DNA of 54,687 bases from IMG/VR virus record IMGVR_UViG_3300018080_000027, positions 1 through 54,687 of that record; one strand, given 5' to 3'. Each line of letters starts with the position of its first letter. Position 1 is the first letter of the stretch. The position numbers and the translations under genes were made by a program. This stretch comes from a virus. A model generated the notes under the pieces. That model ran no database searches. It saw nothing but the letters and a program-made list of their open reading frames with translations, and was not told where the DNA came from. Positions 11,701-19,455 of the stretch are shown here, piece by piece.

Positions 11701-13726
11701 TCCGGACCTGTACGCAACGGCGACCGGGATGAATGAGATGCAGTTCGGGCCTTTCATGTCGGTGTTCCGGGCAGCGGCCAGATACTTCAAGACTGGGGCC
11801 GTAGGCGCAAGCACTGGGTTCGGCACGGCGAATCTCTTCCGTGACTACTGGGAGTTCCAGGGCAAGGCCCGCCATACAAAGGGATTCGATTCTCTCGGGA
11901 AGCCGCCGGAGATGCTCGGGCGTTACGTTGCCGAGAAGGCTCGCAAGTTGGCGGGGCACAAGGCGAACGACCCACTGATCCGCTTGTACGAAGAAACTGG
12001 CGGCAAGGTCTATTCCGTGATTGGCCACGACGTCCACGGGCGCCAGAGGTATCGCCGGCGGCGAATCGGAAAGTCGACGATGAGCCAGCTCGGCGTCTCC
12101 ATGAAGCGGCCGATGGAAACCGCCGAAGGGGCACTGCAGGCCGTCCAGGACATCATTGCCATCAGCGATGCACCACCCCGGCTGGCAGACGCCGAAGCCG
12201 CACTCAAGGAAGAAGGGTACGTGGTGCGCGACGGCAAATGGTTCGACCTCAACGCAGACAGGTACGTTGTTGCCCTGCCGGAACACGCGCGGATCAAAGC
12301 GGCTATCGCGATGGCAGAAGCCACGATCAACTTCAAGCGAATTGGGTCTAAGGGACAATACATCGAGTCGTTCATGCCGTTTTTCAACGCGACGGTCCAG
12401 GCGATGTACCGCCAGTACCGGCAAGTCAAGGGTCTGCGAAGTCTCGGGAAGGGTAACGCCGAGGCAATGAGGGCCAAGCGGTACTTGGTATACTTGAGCG
12501 CGTTGGTGTCGGCTGGAGTTCTGCACTGGTTGTTGCGGCACGACGACGACGATTGGAGGGAGCAGGACGCTTATCTTCGCGATGGGTACTGGACGTGGGG
12601 GGCGGACGGCAGAACGTACGTGCGGATACCAAAACCTCGGGACACGGCGGTTGTGTCCAACGTCACTGAGAACATGCTGGACGCGTGGTATCACGAGGAC
12701 GCACGAGGCATGGACGACCTGATCGGCCGGGACGTTATGAATCGATTGCCGACCGGAGGCGGGCTTGTGCGTGGTGCCATCGAGACGTATGTTGCCGACT
12801 ACGACTACTTCCGCGGGCGGCAACTGACGCCGGAATATGTGAAGCACCTACCGAAAGAACAGCAGGTCACTCCCTACACGACACGGGCTTCGGACGCCAT
12901 CGGGGCGGTCACGGGACGCTATTTCGGCACAAGCCCCGTCCAGGCTGAGCATCTCCTGAACAGTGCGTCCGGTGGATTCTATCATCGAATGGCCGACCTG
13001 TACGACGCGAGCGTAGATGGCCGGCTGGGGCCCGAGCACGTTCCTTTTATTCGCGGGCTCGTCATCAACCGCCACCAAGCGCGGTCCGTCAATGAGTTCT
13101 ACGAGGAGAAGGAAGCCACCCGCATCGCAATCCACCGAGAAAAGGCGGCGAAGGGCAAGGTCTCGGATGAATTGGTCCGCAAGCAAGCGATTTTGGACGG
13201 ATACGCTGAACTGATGACCAAGATTCGCGACATGGAAATGAGGGCTGGAAAACGCCGCGGGTATGAGTACCAGCCCTACATTGTCGGTCTCGCGAGGAAT
13301 GCACTTGGGTATAAGCCGCTGGAGAACAACCCCAACCCGCTGGTTGACGAGAACGCCCCGGACGCGATCAAAGGCGTAGTGAAAGACTACTCCCGGCGAG
13401 TCGTCAACCAAGCGGCGGCGCCCCTCAAACGGCAATCGGAGTACAAAGACGACGAGGCCTTCGAGGAAGCGAGGAAATCCCAGCTACGTGGACGGGCGAG
13501 GATGGAATTATTGGGGTTGTCCCACGATGAAGCCCAACGGCTACTTGTCGAATCCTACCGCCGAACGGATAGCAAGGGCCGGAGACAAACCGAGATGCAG
13601 GCAGGCGCACGAGGCAAGTTTGATCCTTCCTATCTCGCGAGGGCCTTGGAATTGGCTGAATTGTACGGCGAATCCGACCCGCGTGATGCCGTTCGGCGGG
13701 CCCGAGGGCGCATCGGGACACACTGA
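5756..13726 (+). CDS. Giant (2656 aa) virion-associated, polyvalent-type protein with a zincin HExxH motif
   Basis: Single uninterrupted ORF. Acidic PE-rich linkers, an SH3/KOW-like stretch (YQVGDRVRDIRTGDIGVVEVV), SLAVASHEIGHHIDEKT followed by EGWAEFLRRY, and a large conserved-looking C-terminal half. Sits where podoviruses carry internal core/ejection proteins. Confidence 0.7.
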   Translation: MPLQLTSEQLKSMVYEEPTSYTSEELKAERTAIDATREIMEHLGDRRRVLKAWRGATPEQREEILATAPGMGEFLRERRPGPLVRTAEAFVTRGMAQDIAQPIMELARFGGTEEEIAAIRQLEGIASQQYAPATPDDPWYERGPLLATEMVPWAVLAIRGGAAGKGVARKTGLASAMARTAGMGNVTLRAAEVAGITTATFPTLYAQELDSLREAGIGEGVWWREPAAALTATVNGTIESVVPNPFKVGKVPLNQGAMKAARSYLLEAVKQAPGELSEEFLQGLASGVGRAVATHLDENAPDQGLGSAFQESWNQGTEAALPLAFMLGVPAAGGAGVTAARVRLAELQQIRAKDWVTVEEGESLGLSEEEMLNRNTRKEAVDKRIKEAEKEVEDAEAVRSPEEEVREDEGGEDLRGAGEGQVPAEPEGEGAAAPEVPVEEEPPAPATDLESMTPEEVEREWRRVFPDAPKIAPGKTQMIREIRGETVPEPEAEPEEQPAEPEGPYEEFRDEYHRLLKKFMEYTPDQAGSHEYARRLGEFADRFPPEWVERAERELEEPEATVEPEPEPDPEASPEPESPYQVGDRVRDIRTGDIGVVEVVDRFGSGKVAIEYRRERDGVIDTRGLGDLEDATDASSQEPGQQAEPEPETTTAETEEVNIRAHMERNGVAAKDGVTAKVIPHRTRDGFYEVQITIAGDRQFAGEYEAISDAQEAAIGFLENPESIPEEAKPKPEEKKKRPLKSKKRVTAKGDQIDLSGLTDQELRHLSRYHKRRAYAGGHDIGGSVADEIQRRGIKDYQEGPPESKEAFEKYNNLRKFREDTQRNVTSAHTSLYSLEWTLTIEEAHNKRGVPLGGRGEYGLSAAKKWKSLIAAAKAAVPERAEYKKAKQAIEDAKAEVEKAKAEELKAERAYNRAAAEGFPKIPKGQVRYPIEGRQSVKVGEYDPERGQYEVESPSHTHWVSPQPLLDNYVSKEERDALNRIEEQYREAKGEIEKKKAEAARKKAEMADKDKLRNARKKVRQLQDTRYWKESRKRAQKRKGKKGKVEIAKDDENREERVATILSDKWAITEGKEEGGGKVYSLTHIPTGRSAVGYDKPLDVKHFMQFAEEIGMDWGAIPDDGNVSSEDQRRLRRAMVAFDAESFTDLTQEEQDILRGGVEVADPGITADMILDAYDLGKHGGETLGLKKQGVKIIEQLTKDVPEFAYDPVFVVDNEKKLIFRDHYTFKFEPGLFNLHPTEVEPGQTVGINLPDLGLKLETDQARVIAKTLKNAGYQVSVGRGKKASGTVKVKADGYTFEAFRERARGWVVHGIKNAEVALETKLHNLVGRIRWNHHSTKEALAVAGKEAASDFGETTPAKKKATPKADEGSGIAKMANPTRQSRTARRKAKDEEVGIAAADIVKTAERLFGVAIREGGFSNKAAGIYKWITGSNTPPSPEVVRTGEHYYASLAVASHEIGHHIDEKTKAVKSMPPAVREEVKGLDYQPEKARPSEGWAEFLRRYMTEPPIETIILADGGWVRQEVPNPGVDAPKTLAWFEGTFLPANPKIAKAITEFRGYAQQFAQQSVFQRVASLIADRKPQDLDFKQRWLNKSRRWLNRLKTSFVDKFHTLEWIQKEAKRRGHKGVGIYDLTMAHFLSASSHATVAFEEGVRSLQTGRPIGETTLWGLRDHLESDGEYTDAVLYALARHTAFMAETKPEYNTGMDVEDADAWIREVETTGKKDRFEAFARGLSQFNNDLIRMLVEAGALPVAEADRMMAYYEDQNYFPLHRVRDVENSQFAGTGARFVNLGRAVRRRSRTGSGRQVIDPIDATVAQAIRFYGRAIQARQQHVLSETLDPHRGGVGGMGGLMDRVDPRKKVTHGKIQEILKTLVDEGIIEADDAKAMRIAAKILHPYEGLPSAKSLQWFAERHGIEIPEAEEGEIEPELAEDVWVQLVDAAMQEPDALAVISLWRPDYTPNAAKRTVVIYSKSGDPLMYEMDPDLYATATGMNEMQFGPFMSVFRAAARYFKTGAVGASTGFGTANLFRDYWEFQGKARHTKGFDSLGKPPEMLGRYVAEKARKLAGHKANDPLIRLYEETGGKVYSVIGHDVHGRQRYRRRRIGKSTMSQLGVSMKRPMETAEGALQAVQDIIAISDAPPRLADAEAALKEEGYVVRDGKWFDLNADRYVVALPEHARIKAAIAMAEATINFKRIGSKGQYIESFMPFFNATVQAMYRQYRQVKGLRSLGKGNAEAMRAKRYLVYLSALVSAGVLHWLLRHDDDDWREQDAYLRDGYWTWGADGRTYVRIPKPRDTAVVSNVTENMLDAWYHEDARGMDDLIGRDVMNRLPTGGGLVRGAIETYVADYDYFRGRQLTPEYVKHLPKEQQVTPYTTRASDAIGAVTGRYFGTSPVQAEHLLNSASGGFYHRMADLYDASVDGRLGPEHVPFIRGLVINRHQARSVNEFYEEKEATRIAIHREKAAKGKVSDELVRKQAILDGYAELMTKIRDMEMRAGKRRGYEYQPYIVGLARNALGYKPLENNPNPLVDENAPDAIKGVVKDYSRRVVNQAAAPLKRQSEYKDDEAFEEARKSQLRGRARMELLGLSHDEAQRLLVESYRRTDSKGRRQTEMQAGARGKFDPSYLARALELAELYGESDPRDAVRRARGRIGTH

Positions 13727-13814
13727 GGCACACGCCCAAAATTCTTAATAAAATCAGCCAAACAACTTGACGTGGTCTTTCCCGTCGGGTGAAGACTGGT
13801 AGAATTTCTCTGTC

Positions 13815-14594
13815 ATGGATGCCGCCGAATACTTCGTCAAAGATGGTGTTTGCCCGGTTCTCGGGTGGCGCACCGGAGACGTGATGCTTTTCTCAGGCCG
13901 TGGACTTGTCTCTTTTGGCATCAAAGCCCGGACGTGCCGTCCCTGGGAGTTCATGTTCCGGCCGTGCTGTTCTCACGTCGAGCTTGTCGCGTTCACGACG
14001 CCCCGACACATTGACGAAGCCAGGAACCTCAAGAAGCACCCACTCAAAATTAGCGATGCGAGGGCAAGTGCGGTCAAACGCAAGCTCGGAATCGGCGATT
14101 GGTTGCTCTACGGCTCGACGGTAATGGCTGGTAATATGCCGTGCGAGGTCTTGGGGGAGCCGATTCACGGAATGCAATGCCACTCGCCGGAGGATCGAAT
14201 CGAAGGCTACAACGGTCGCGTCTACCATCTCCAGTGGCGGGACGGCGTGAATCTCACCCACACCGAGAAAGACCGTCTCGTAATCCACCTGTTGGCCAAA
14301 TTGGGCACGCCGTACGATTTTGCCGGAGCCGCTCGATTAGTGACGATTCTCGCGAAACGGGTGTGGCCGCACACGATCTATGACGAGTCGAGCCTGTTTT
14401 GTAGTGAGGTCTCGGCCCGCCGGCTGAAGCACGCTACGAAAGATCGAACTACCAAGCAGGGGCGACCGCCGATAATCACCGGCGACCCGAACCGATGGAC
14501 CCCCCAACATTTTTGTCGGCTAGCAACCCCGGTCTGGTGGTTTCAAGACCCGGGCAAGTTGGCCGACCTGTACGAAGTAGAAATGGAGAACTGA
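13815..14594 (+). CDS. Permuted papain-fold amidase (YiiX/YaeF, peptidase C92-like; NlpC/P60 superfamily); probable cell-wall hydrolase
   Basis: GDVMLFSGRG...CCSHVELV, then GTPYDF and FCSEV. These match the GDIIF...YSHTG / GKPYDF / YCSELV landmarks of E. coli YiiX. Confidence 0.7.
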   Translation: MDAAEYFVKDGVCPVLGWRTGDVMLFSGRGLVSFGIKARTCRPWEFMFRPCCSHVELVAFTTPRHIDEARNLKKHPLKISDARASAVKRKLGIGDWLLYGSTVMAGNMPCEVLGEPIHGMQCHSPEDRIEGYNGRVYHLQWRDGVNLTHTEKDRLVIHLLAKLGTPYDFAGAARLVTILAKRVWPHTIYDESSLFCSEVSARRLKHATKDRTTKQGRPPIITGDPNRWTPQHFCRLATPVWWFQDPGKLADLYEVEMEN

Positions 14595-14597
14595 ACG

Positions 14598-15620
14598 ATG
14601 AAGAGCTTTTGGGCGTGTATAGCCGCCGCGATGTTGTGGCTGATCTTTGTAGCGAACGTGATGGGGCAAACTCAGGAGGCAGCAAAGGCCGTGGTCGACG
14701 TCCGTGCCGGCTGCTATGGCGGCTCGGGCTTGCTGGTCGACTCCGACGGGCTCAACTACTGGGGACTCACGGCCAAGCACGTCGTCAAGGGAAGCCAGAA
14801 GATTTGCGTTCAAGTGGCCGGCATCGAGAAGCCGTTCTGTGCGGAGGTCATCGAAGAAACCGCCGGCGTTCATAGTGCAGGTATTGACCTCGCCGTCTTC
14901 CGATTCCAGTCGACTGTGCCGTTGACGATAGTTCCTCTTGCAACAATTGCCGAGCATCCCGAGGTTGGTGAGCCCGTCTGGAGCGCCGGATTTCCGGGCT
15001 TTGCTCGTGACAAGCTGGTCGTTCGCCGAGGAGTGATTACCGACGGCCATGCGGCACCAACTTTGAGTTTCCCAATTGCCCGCGGTGAATCTGGTTCCCC
15101 GGTGTTCTCGAGCGCTGGTTGTATCGGCATCCTCGGCGGCCATTACAAAGGCACAGAAGAATCGTATTTTACCAACGTCGGCCGCCTCGGCGCCGAAGAG
15201 GAAGTGGATTGCGGTTTGCTTGGACGTCGCCGCGATGGCTGCAGCAACGGCCAATGCCAGGTGCCCCAAGGAAGTCAGCCCGCGGCCAACCCACATGAGA
15301 CGGTGGTGACGCCGGCCGTGCCGAATGTGGCGGCCACGGTGATGGAGATCAGGGATGGCGTGGCGGCCAATAGACAAGGCATTAGCCAGCTTGCCGCAAT
15401 GGTCGCAGAGCACGAAGCGGCACGCCGGGCCGGTACTGGCGAAATCAAGGCAATACTGACCGATCCAGAGCCGGAAGCTCCTCCGAGTATCTTCCCGAAG
15501 CTGCTAGCCGGTCTTGGCGTCGGTGGTGTGGCCCTAGTGATTGTCTGCGCGGTCGGCGCGTTTGCGTCTGCCGGCAGAGAGGTAGTCGAGCAGGCAGGCT
15601 TCAACCTGGACACTGAATAG
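14598..15620 (+). CDS. Exported trypsin-like (S1-family) serine protease with an N-terminal signal peptide and a C-terminal TM anchor
   Basis: Triad contexts LTAKHVV (His), IDLAVFRF (Asp) and GESGSPVF (Ser). N-terminus MKSFWACIAAAMLWLIFVANVMGQ. C-terminal LLAGLGVGGVALVIVCAVGAFA. Confidence 0.75.
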   Translation: MKSFWACIAAAMLWLIFVANVMGQTQEAAKAVVDVRAGCYGGSGLLVDSDGLNYWGLTAKHVVKGSQKICVQVAGIEKPFCAEVIEETAGVHSAGIDLAVFRFQSTVPLTIVPLATIAEHPEVGEPVWSAGFPGFARDKLVVRRGVITDGHAAPTLSFPIARGESGSPVFSSAGCIGILGGHYKGTEESYFTNVGRLGAEEEVDCGLLGRRRDGCSNGQCQVPQGSQPAANPHETVVTPAVPNVAATVMEIRDGVAANRQGISQLAAMVAEHEAARRAGTGEIKAILTDPEPEAPPSIFPKLLAGLGVGGVALVIVCAVGAFASAGREVVEQAGFNLDTE

Positions 15621-15685
15621 TTCCCTTTAAGGCTCCCGACCGAGTTAAAATCCAACCCCCATTTCTTGAATTCGGAGACCGAAAC

Positions 15686-16201
15686 ATGACCGCCGGAGTA
15701 ATGCAAGCAATCATCGCCGTCTTGACGTCCATACTGTCGGTTGGTGCCGGCATCTGGATCTACCGCGAAGTGAAGCAGTGGGCCCGCTCGAAGGCCCAGA
15801 AGGGGCTCGCTCTGAAAGCGAAAGTGGACAATTGGCAACAGGAAGTGACGGAGTTTGCTACGCTGTTGGCAATCGCCCAATTCCCGGACGCAGCCAAGAT
15901 CGCCGGCAAGATTTCATCGATCGCCGTCATCCAAACGATCAACGCGTTGCGCGACCTACGCAAGAAACTGTCGGAACCGAATGGCCTGATCGTCGCGCTG
16001 ACCGAGAATTTCTTCTGGCAATTCCCGCAGCGAGTCAAACGCGCCGACGACATTGACCGCCTCGCTGAGATGGTAGCGAAAGAGCCCGAGTTGATGCGCC
16101 GGGTCGACGCGATTCGCGCGAAGACGATCACCGTCGCGCCGACCGCTCCGGGCCCGGTGACGATCGACGTCACACCAACTCCCGTAGCGGCCGCCAAATA
16201 A
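15686..16201 (+). CDS. Single-pass membrane protein (holin- or spanin-like candidate)
   Basis: N-terminal TM segment VMQAIIAVLTSILSVGAGIWIY. RBS GGAGACCGAAAC-ATG. Last gene before the convergent terminator. Confidence 0.5.
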   Translation: MTAGVMQAIIAVLTSILSVGAGIWIYREVKQWARSKAQKGLALKAKVDNWQQEVTEFATLLAIAQFPDAAKIAGKISSIAVIQTINALRDLRKKLSEPNGLIVALTENFFWQFPQRVKRADDIDRLAEMVAKEPELMRRVDAIRAKTITVAPTAPGPVTIDVTPTPVAAAK

Positions 16202-16239
16202 TGGTAGCCGCGAGTTGAGTAATCCGCCGCATCGTGAGC

Positions 16240-16279
16240 AAAACGGCCCTCCCTACTACAGAGTGGAGAGGGCCGTTTT
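16240..16279. terminator. Bidirectional intrinsic terminator between the convergent late and early operons
   Basis: 12-bp perfect stem aaaacggccctc / gagggccgtttt, flanked by an A-run on the left and a T-run on the right. Lies between the stops at 16201 (+) and 16333 (-). Confidence 0.75.
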
Positions 16280-16332
16280 CGTCCGGGGAAACTGACCTTG
16301 TGAACTGGACACTTTCGGAAATGTTACAGCCG

Positions 16333-18159
16333 TTAGAATGCTTCACCGACCGGTTCACCAACCGGTTCTTCCCCCTCCCCGGAGAACATATCCCGGAACC
16401 GATCAAGCGAGAACCGCACGCCCCGGCCATGCACACCACCAACCCGCTGACGGGTCGTGCTGGCCCCCTCAACCCGTCGTAGGTACTGGCTGATTTCCTG
16501 GCCGTCCCAACGGGTGCCCTTCAGGAGCTTCGCGGAGACCTGCTGGTACTGGAACATGATCTGCGGGCAATCGCCGCCATCGATGCGGATCCCCACGCCA
16601 CTGAGCACTTCGAGCCACTCGTCACGGATCACTGGGCCTAGACTGTAAAGGCTCTCGATCACTTGGCCGATGGTCTGCTTTTGCTGCCCCCGCTGGACAT
16701 GCACCCCGAGGATGCACTTCACTAAAACTACCTCGTCTGCCTCTATTGCCTCGCCGCCGTCGTTTGCGCTGGCCAGCATTTCACGCAAGAGACCGGCCGC
16801 TTCAGTCTCGTCCATACCCATTACGGCCGATAGCATGGCCGCTGGAACCGCGTAAGACTCCACTTGTCGGGGGTCAGAGTCCTCGACCGGGGTGGACTTC
16901 AGGCTGACCGCCCGCTGACGGGCCGTGTGCGCAACGAAAAGGGCCGCAGCGAGGCTCCTTTGACCGATAGAGGCAAGTTCCCCGGCAGACGGCAGGGCGA
17001 GCTTATTACGCATGTCTGGGGTCGCAGGGAGCAAAGTGAGGATGACGGCCCGGTTCCGGTCGGCCTGATCTTCGTACGGCAGGCTAATCCCGGCAAGCCA
17101 GCAAAGATGGTGAAGAGAGAAGGACGCCGCCTCGCCCGTAGGCGTGCCCCGAATGGCCCTGGCGCCGGAAGACCGGCTGGCCGATCGGAGCATTTTGAGG
17201 ATTTCGCGTTGCTTCTGGGCTTCGCGGCGGCTTTTCGTGTCGATCTCGTCGACCACCACGACTTTGGCCGATCGCCGCATCTCCTGCCGGAGCCCGGCGG
17301 CCGTGGTGTCGTAGGTGCTGATCGTCATGTCGCGAAACAATCCCATCAGGGCCTCACAGAAGACCGTCTTGCCCGATCCGCTGGCCCCGAGCACATCAAT
17401 ACGAGGGCGCCAAGGCCATGTGGTCTGCAGCCACGTTGCGAAGACCAGGGCCGACGCAGTGAGCACATCCTCGTTGCTGCCCCATCGCCAGCGACGGAAG
17501 AGGTCCACGATGTCGTCAGCTACCTTCCTTCGCCATTCTGCATCCTCGGCCTGCTGGATCATGGATGTCAGCTGGTCGTGATCGTACCAGGGCTTCGTGC
17601 CGCTGGAGAAGTCGAGCAACATATCGTCGTGCCGCGGGTGCTCGATCTTCTCCGTGCCGGCGGAAGTCAATCGCATCCCCTCGCCGAGATTCACCAGCAC
17701 AAGGCTATCGGCCGCCCCGGGCCACACGCCGAAGCCCCGCTTGGTTTCGGACCCGATAAGCCGCTTCCCGGACAATATCCCCAGCATGTTTCGGAGGTCG
17801 GAAATTGAGTACATCCCCGGTACGTCTTCGTTCGTGATGGTAATGTGCTTCCGAACCGGCTGGCCGAATAGCTGCAGCGCTCGAGCGTACCGGAGCCGGT
17901 CGTGGTCCTTCACTTCGATGGTGCGTTTGAAGTGGGTGCTGTAGGCTTCGACAATCCCGCCTTCGCGATGCCCGAGCACGTCTATTTGAATCGCGTCGGC
18001 AATCTGGCGGTCGGCGAATTCGTCTAGCTCTTGATCGGTTGGGCGATCGGGATCGAGCGACTTGCCATCCGGGCCGACTTCCGGCGGACGCCAAGGCTCG
18101 GCGGCTTCGTAGAGATCAAGTAGATCGGCGTATGTGCGTGGCGTCCGTTCCGATTGCAT
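16333..18159 (-). CDS. P-loop NTPase, probable replicative (SF3/D5-like, primase-associated) helicase
   Basis: Walker A GASGSGKT and Walker B VVVVDEID. ATG 18159 (MQSERT) has a GGAG RBS and lies 4 nt after the upstream stop. Downstream of the primase gene in the same operon. Confidence 0.65.
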   Translation of the reverse strand: MQSERTPRTYADLLDLYEAAEPWRPPEVGPDGKSLDPDRPTDQELDEFADRQIADAIQIDVLGHREGGIVEAYSTHFKRTIEVKDHDRLRYARALQLFGQPVRKHITITNEDVPGMYSISDLRNMLGILSGKRLIGSETKRGFGVWPGAADSLVLVNLGEGMRLTSAGTEKIEHPRHDDMLLDFSSGTKPWYDHDQLTSMIQQAEDAEWRRKVADDIVDLFRRWRWGSNEDVLTASALVFATWLQTTWPWRPRIDVLGASGSGKTVFCEALMGLFRDMTISTYDTTAAGLRQEMRRSAKVVVVDEIDTKSRREAQKQREILKMLRSASRSSGARAIRGTPTGEAASFSLHHLCWLAGISLPYEDQADRNRAVILTLLPATPDMRNKLALPSAGELASIGQRSLAAALFVAHTARQRAVSLKSTPVEDSDPRQVESYAVPAAMLSAVMGMDETEAAGLLREMLASANDGGEAIEADEVVLVKCILGVHVQRGQQKQTIGQVIESLYSLGPVIRDEWLEVLSGVGIRIDGGDCPQIMFQYQQVSAKLLKGTRWDGQEISQYLRRVEGASTTRQRVGGVHGRGVRFSLDRFRDMFSGEGEEPVGEPVGEAF

Positions 18160-18163
18160 CGAA

Positions 18164-18514
18164 TCACTCCCGTTCCTCAAAGAGTCGTCCCTGTCCACTC
18201 AATAAGTGCTCCAAGCACCGATCGACCTTCTTCTCCTGCCGCTTTGCTTCGACCAGCGTGGATTGGTTCGGCACGCGAAAGTATTCTTTTTGGGCGTTCC
18301 GCATCTCTTGCACGATGCGGGCTAGGTCTGTGGCATCCATGACATCCTCTATAATTATCACGGAAAAAGGTATTGTAACGACACCAAGCTGAACGTCTCT
18401 GAAAAGCGATGGACCATACGCGGCCTTTATGCCTCGCATTTCTTTACGCTGGAGGCTATGGGGTTCCGCCATGATGGCCCACCGCTCCTTTCCATGTTGG
18501 GTTATGGCGTCCAT
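18164..18514 (-). CDS. Hypothetical small protein
   Basis: ORF 18164..18574. ATG at 18514 is preceded by GAAGGGGA. The start is uncertain (GTG 18574 and ATG 18472 are alternatives). Confidence 0.4.
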   Translation of the reverse strand: MDAITQHGKERWAIMAEPHSLQRKEMRGIKAAYGPSLFRDVQLGVVTIPFSVIIIEDVMDATDLARIVQEMRNAQKEYFRVPNQSTLVEAKRQEKKVDRCLEHLLSGQGRLFEERE

Positions 18515-18690
18515 GCTTCGATCCCCTTCTGCCCCCCGGGCCGGGTCTTCTATGCCGGCCCGGGGGCGGTTCACTTAGAGGGTCAGATGAATTGCAGCTT
18601 CCCCACCCCCAACCGCCACCGCGTCCCTAGCGACCTATCCTGCTGTGGCTCCGTCCAGGTAGCTAGGGGCGGGGATGCTGCTTGTCGCGA

Positions 18691-19452
18691 TCACGACTTC
18701 TTCTTTTTGCCCCAGCGTTTCCAGAAGGCAGCCCAAGCGTCATCGACTTTCGCCCGCTGGATTCGCTTGAACTCCTTTGGCCACCAGTCGCCCTTCTCAG
18801 CCATCAGGTCTGAAAGCTGCCCGAGGTTGGTGCATTTCTCGCAGATGATGTTGTGCTGGCCGAGAGGCAACTTCAGTTCAGCGATTGCCAGCTTCCTCCA
18901 TGAATCATCGCCATCCTCAACTTCGTCTTTTTTGTCGTTCAGCAAGGGCCGGTTAGCATCATTCACTGCCGCCTGGGCGATAGCCGCGAGGTCATCAGTG
19001 TAGAGACCGTGCCGGTCCACAATGTCGCGGAACTCCTCGATGTCGTGCTTGCGAATGCGGCACACGAATCTGCCGCGATCGTCTTTCTTCGGTTCGCCGT
19101 CGGCGTCGACAACCACTTGGGCGTGGCACAGTTCATGGTCAATGAGTGCCACCTTCTGGCTGTCGTTCATTCCGGGCCAGGCTTCCTTGTTGAGCAGGAT
19201 CACGAAATCAAACGAATCCAATTCACGATCGAGATCTCCACGCTTCCGGCACTGGCCCAACCGCAAATGGCCGTTGGCATCGATCCGCCAGCCTATTCGC
19301 CACGCGATCACGATCTTCGTGCCCTTCAGGTCGCCGTGCTCGCTCGCGATGAGCTGCTCCATGATCCGATAGGGCTCCGTCACTTTGCCTTGGTGCTTCC
19401 GCTTGAGCACCTGGACTGTCACTCGCTTCCGCTTCTTTTTCTTCTCGGCCAC
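18691..19452 (-). CDS. Putative phage metallopeptidase-domain protein (HExxH) with a lysine-rich N-terminus
   Basis: VALIDHELCHAQV motif inside a domain of about 130 aa. MAEKKKKRKR N-terminus. Confidence 0.5.
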   Translation of the reverse strand: MAEKKKKRKRVTVQVLKRKHQGKVTEPYRIMEQLIASEHGDLKGTKIVIAWRIGWRIDANGHLRLGQCRKRGDLDRELDSFDFVILLNKEAWPGMNDSQKVALIDHELCHAQVVVDADGEPKKDDRGRFVCRIRKHDIEEFRDIVDRHGLYTDDLAAIAQAAVNDANRPLLNDKKDEVEDGDDSWRKLAIAELKLPLGQHNIICEKCTNLGQLSDLMAEKGDWWPKEFKRIQRAKVDDAWAAFWKRWGKKKKS

Positions 19453-19455
19453 TGA

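Noticed and set aside
5756-13726. Giant protein as a virion-packaged RNA polymerase (N4- or crAss-type)
   Set aside because: No T7-like A/B/C motifs and no DxDGD double-psi beta-barrel motif were seen on reading the sequence. Early and late regions carry sigma70-like promoters, which is consistent with use of host RNAP. Only a profile search could settle this.
5662-13739. Many antisense or out-of-frame ORFs inside the giant gene (for example 5662..6504 -, 7472..8560 -, 9977..10684 -, 11453..12847 -, 12848..13435 -)
   Set aside because: This is typical of GC-rich DNA. Their translations are Arg/Pro/Gly-rich, they lack RBSs, and they are fully nested in a continuous 2656-codon ORF.
13797-13805. 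Extended -10-like TGGTAGAAT upstream of the amidase gene as a late promoter giving a near-leaderless mRNA
   Set aside because: There is no acceptable -35. It is only 9 nt from the ATG and lies inside a tightly packed operon. This is too weak to report as a feature.
14520-15413. 297-aa minus-strand ORF antisense to the serine protease gene
   Set aside because: The + strand frame carries a complete S1 catalytic triad, a signal peptide and a TM anchor. The antisense ORF has no motifs or RBS.
16864-17808. 314-aa + strand ORF antisense to the P-loop helicase gene
   Set aside because: The Walker A/B-containing minus frame is clearly coding. The antisense translation is Arg/Gly/Pro-rich noise.
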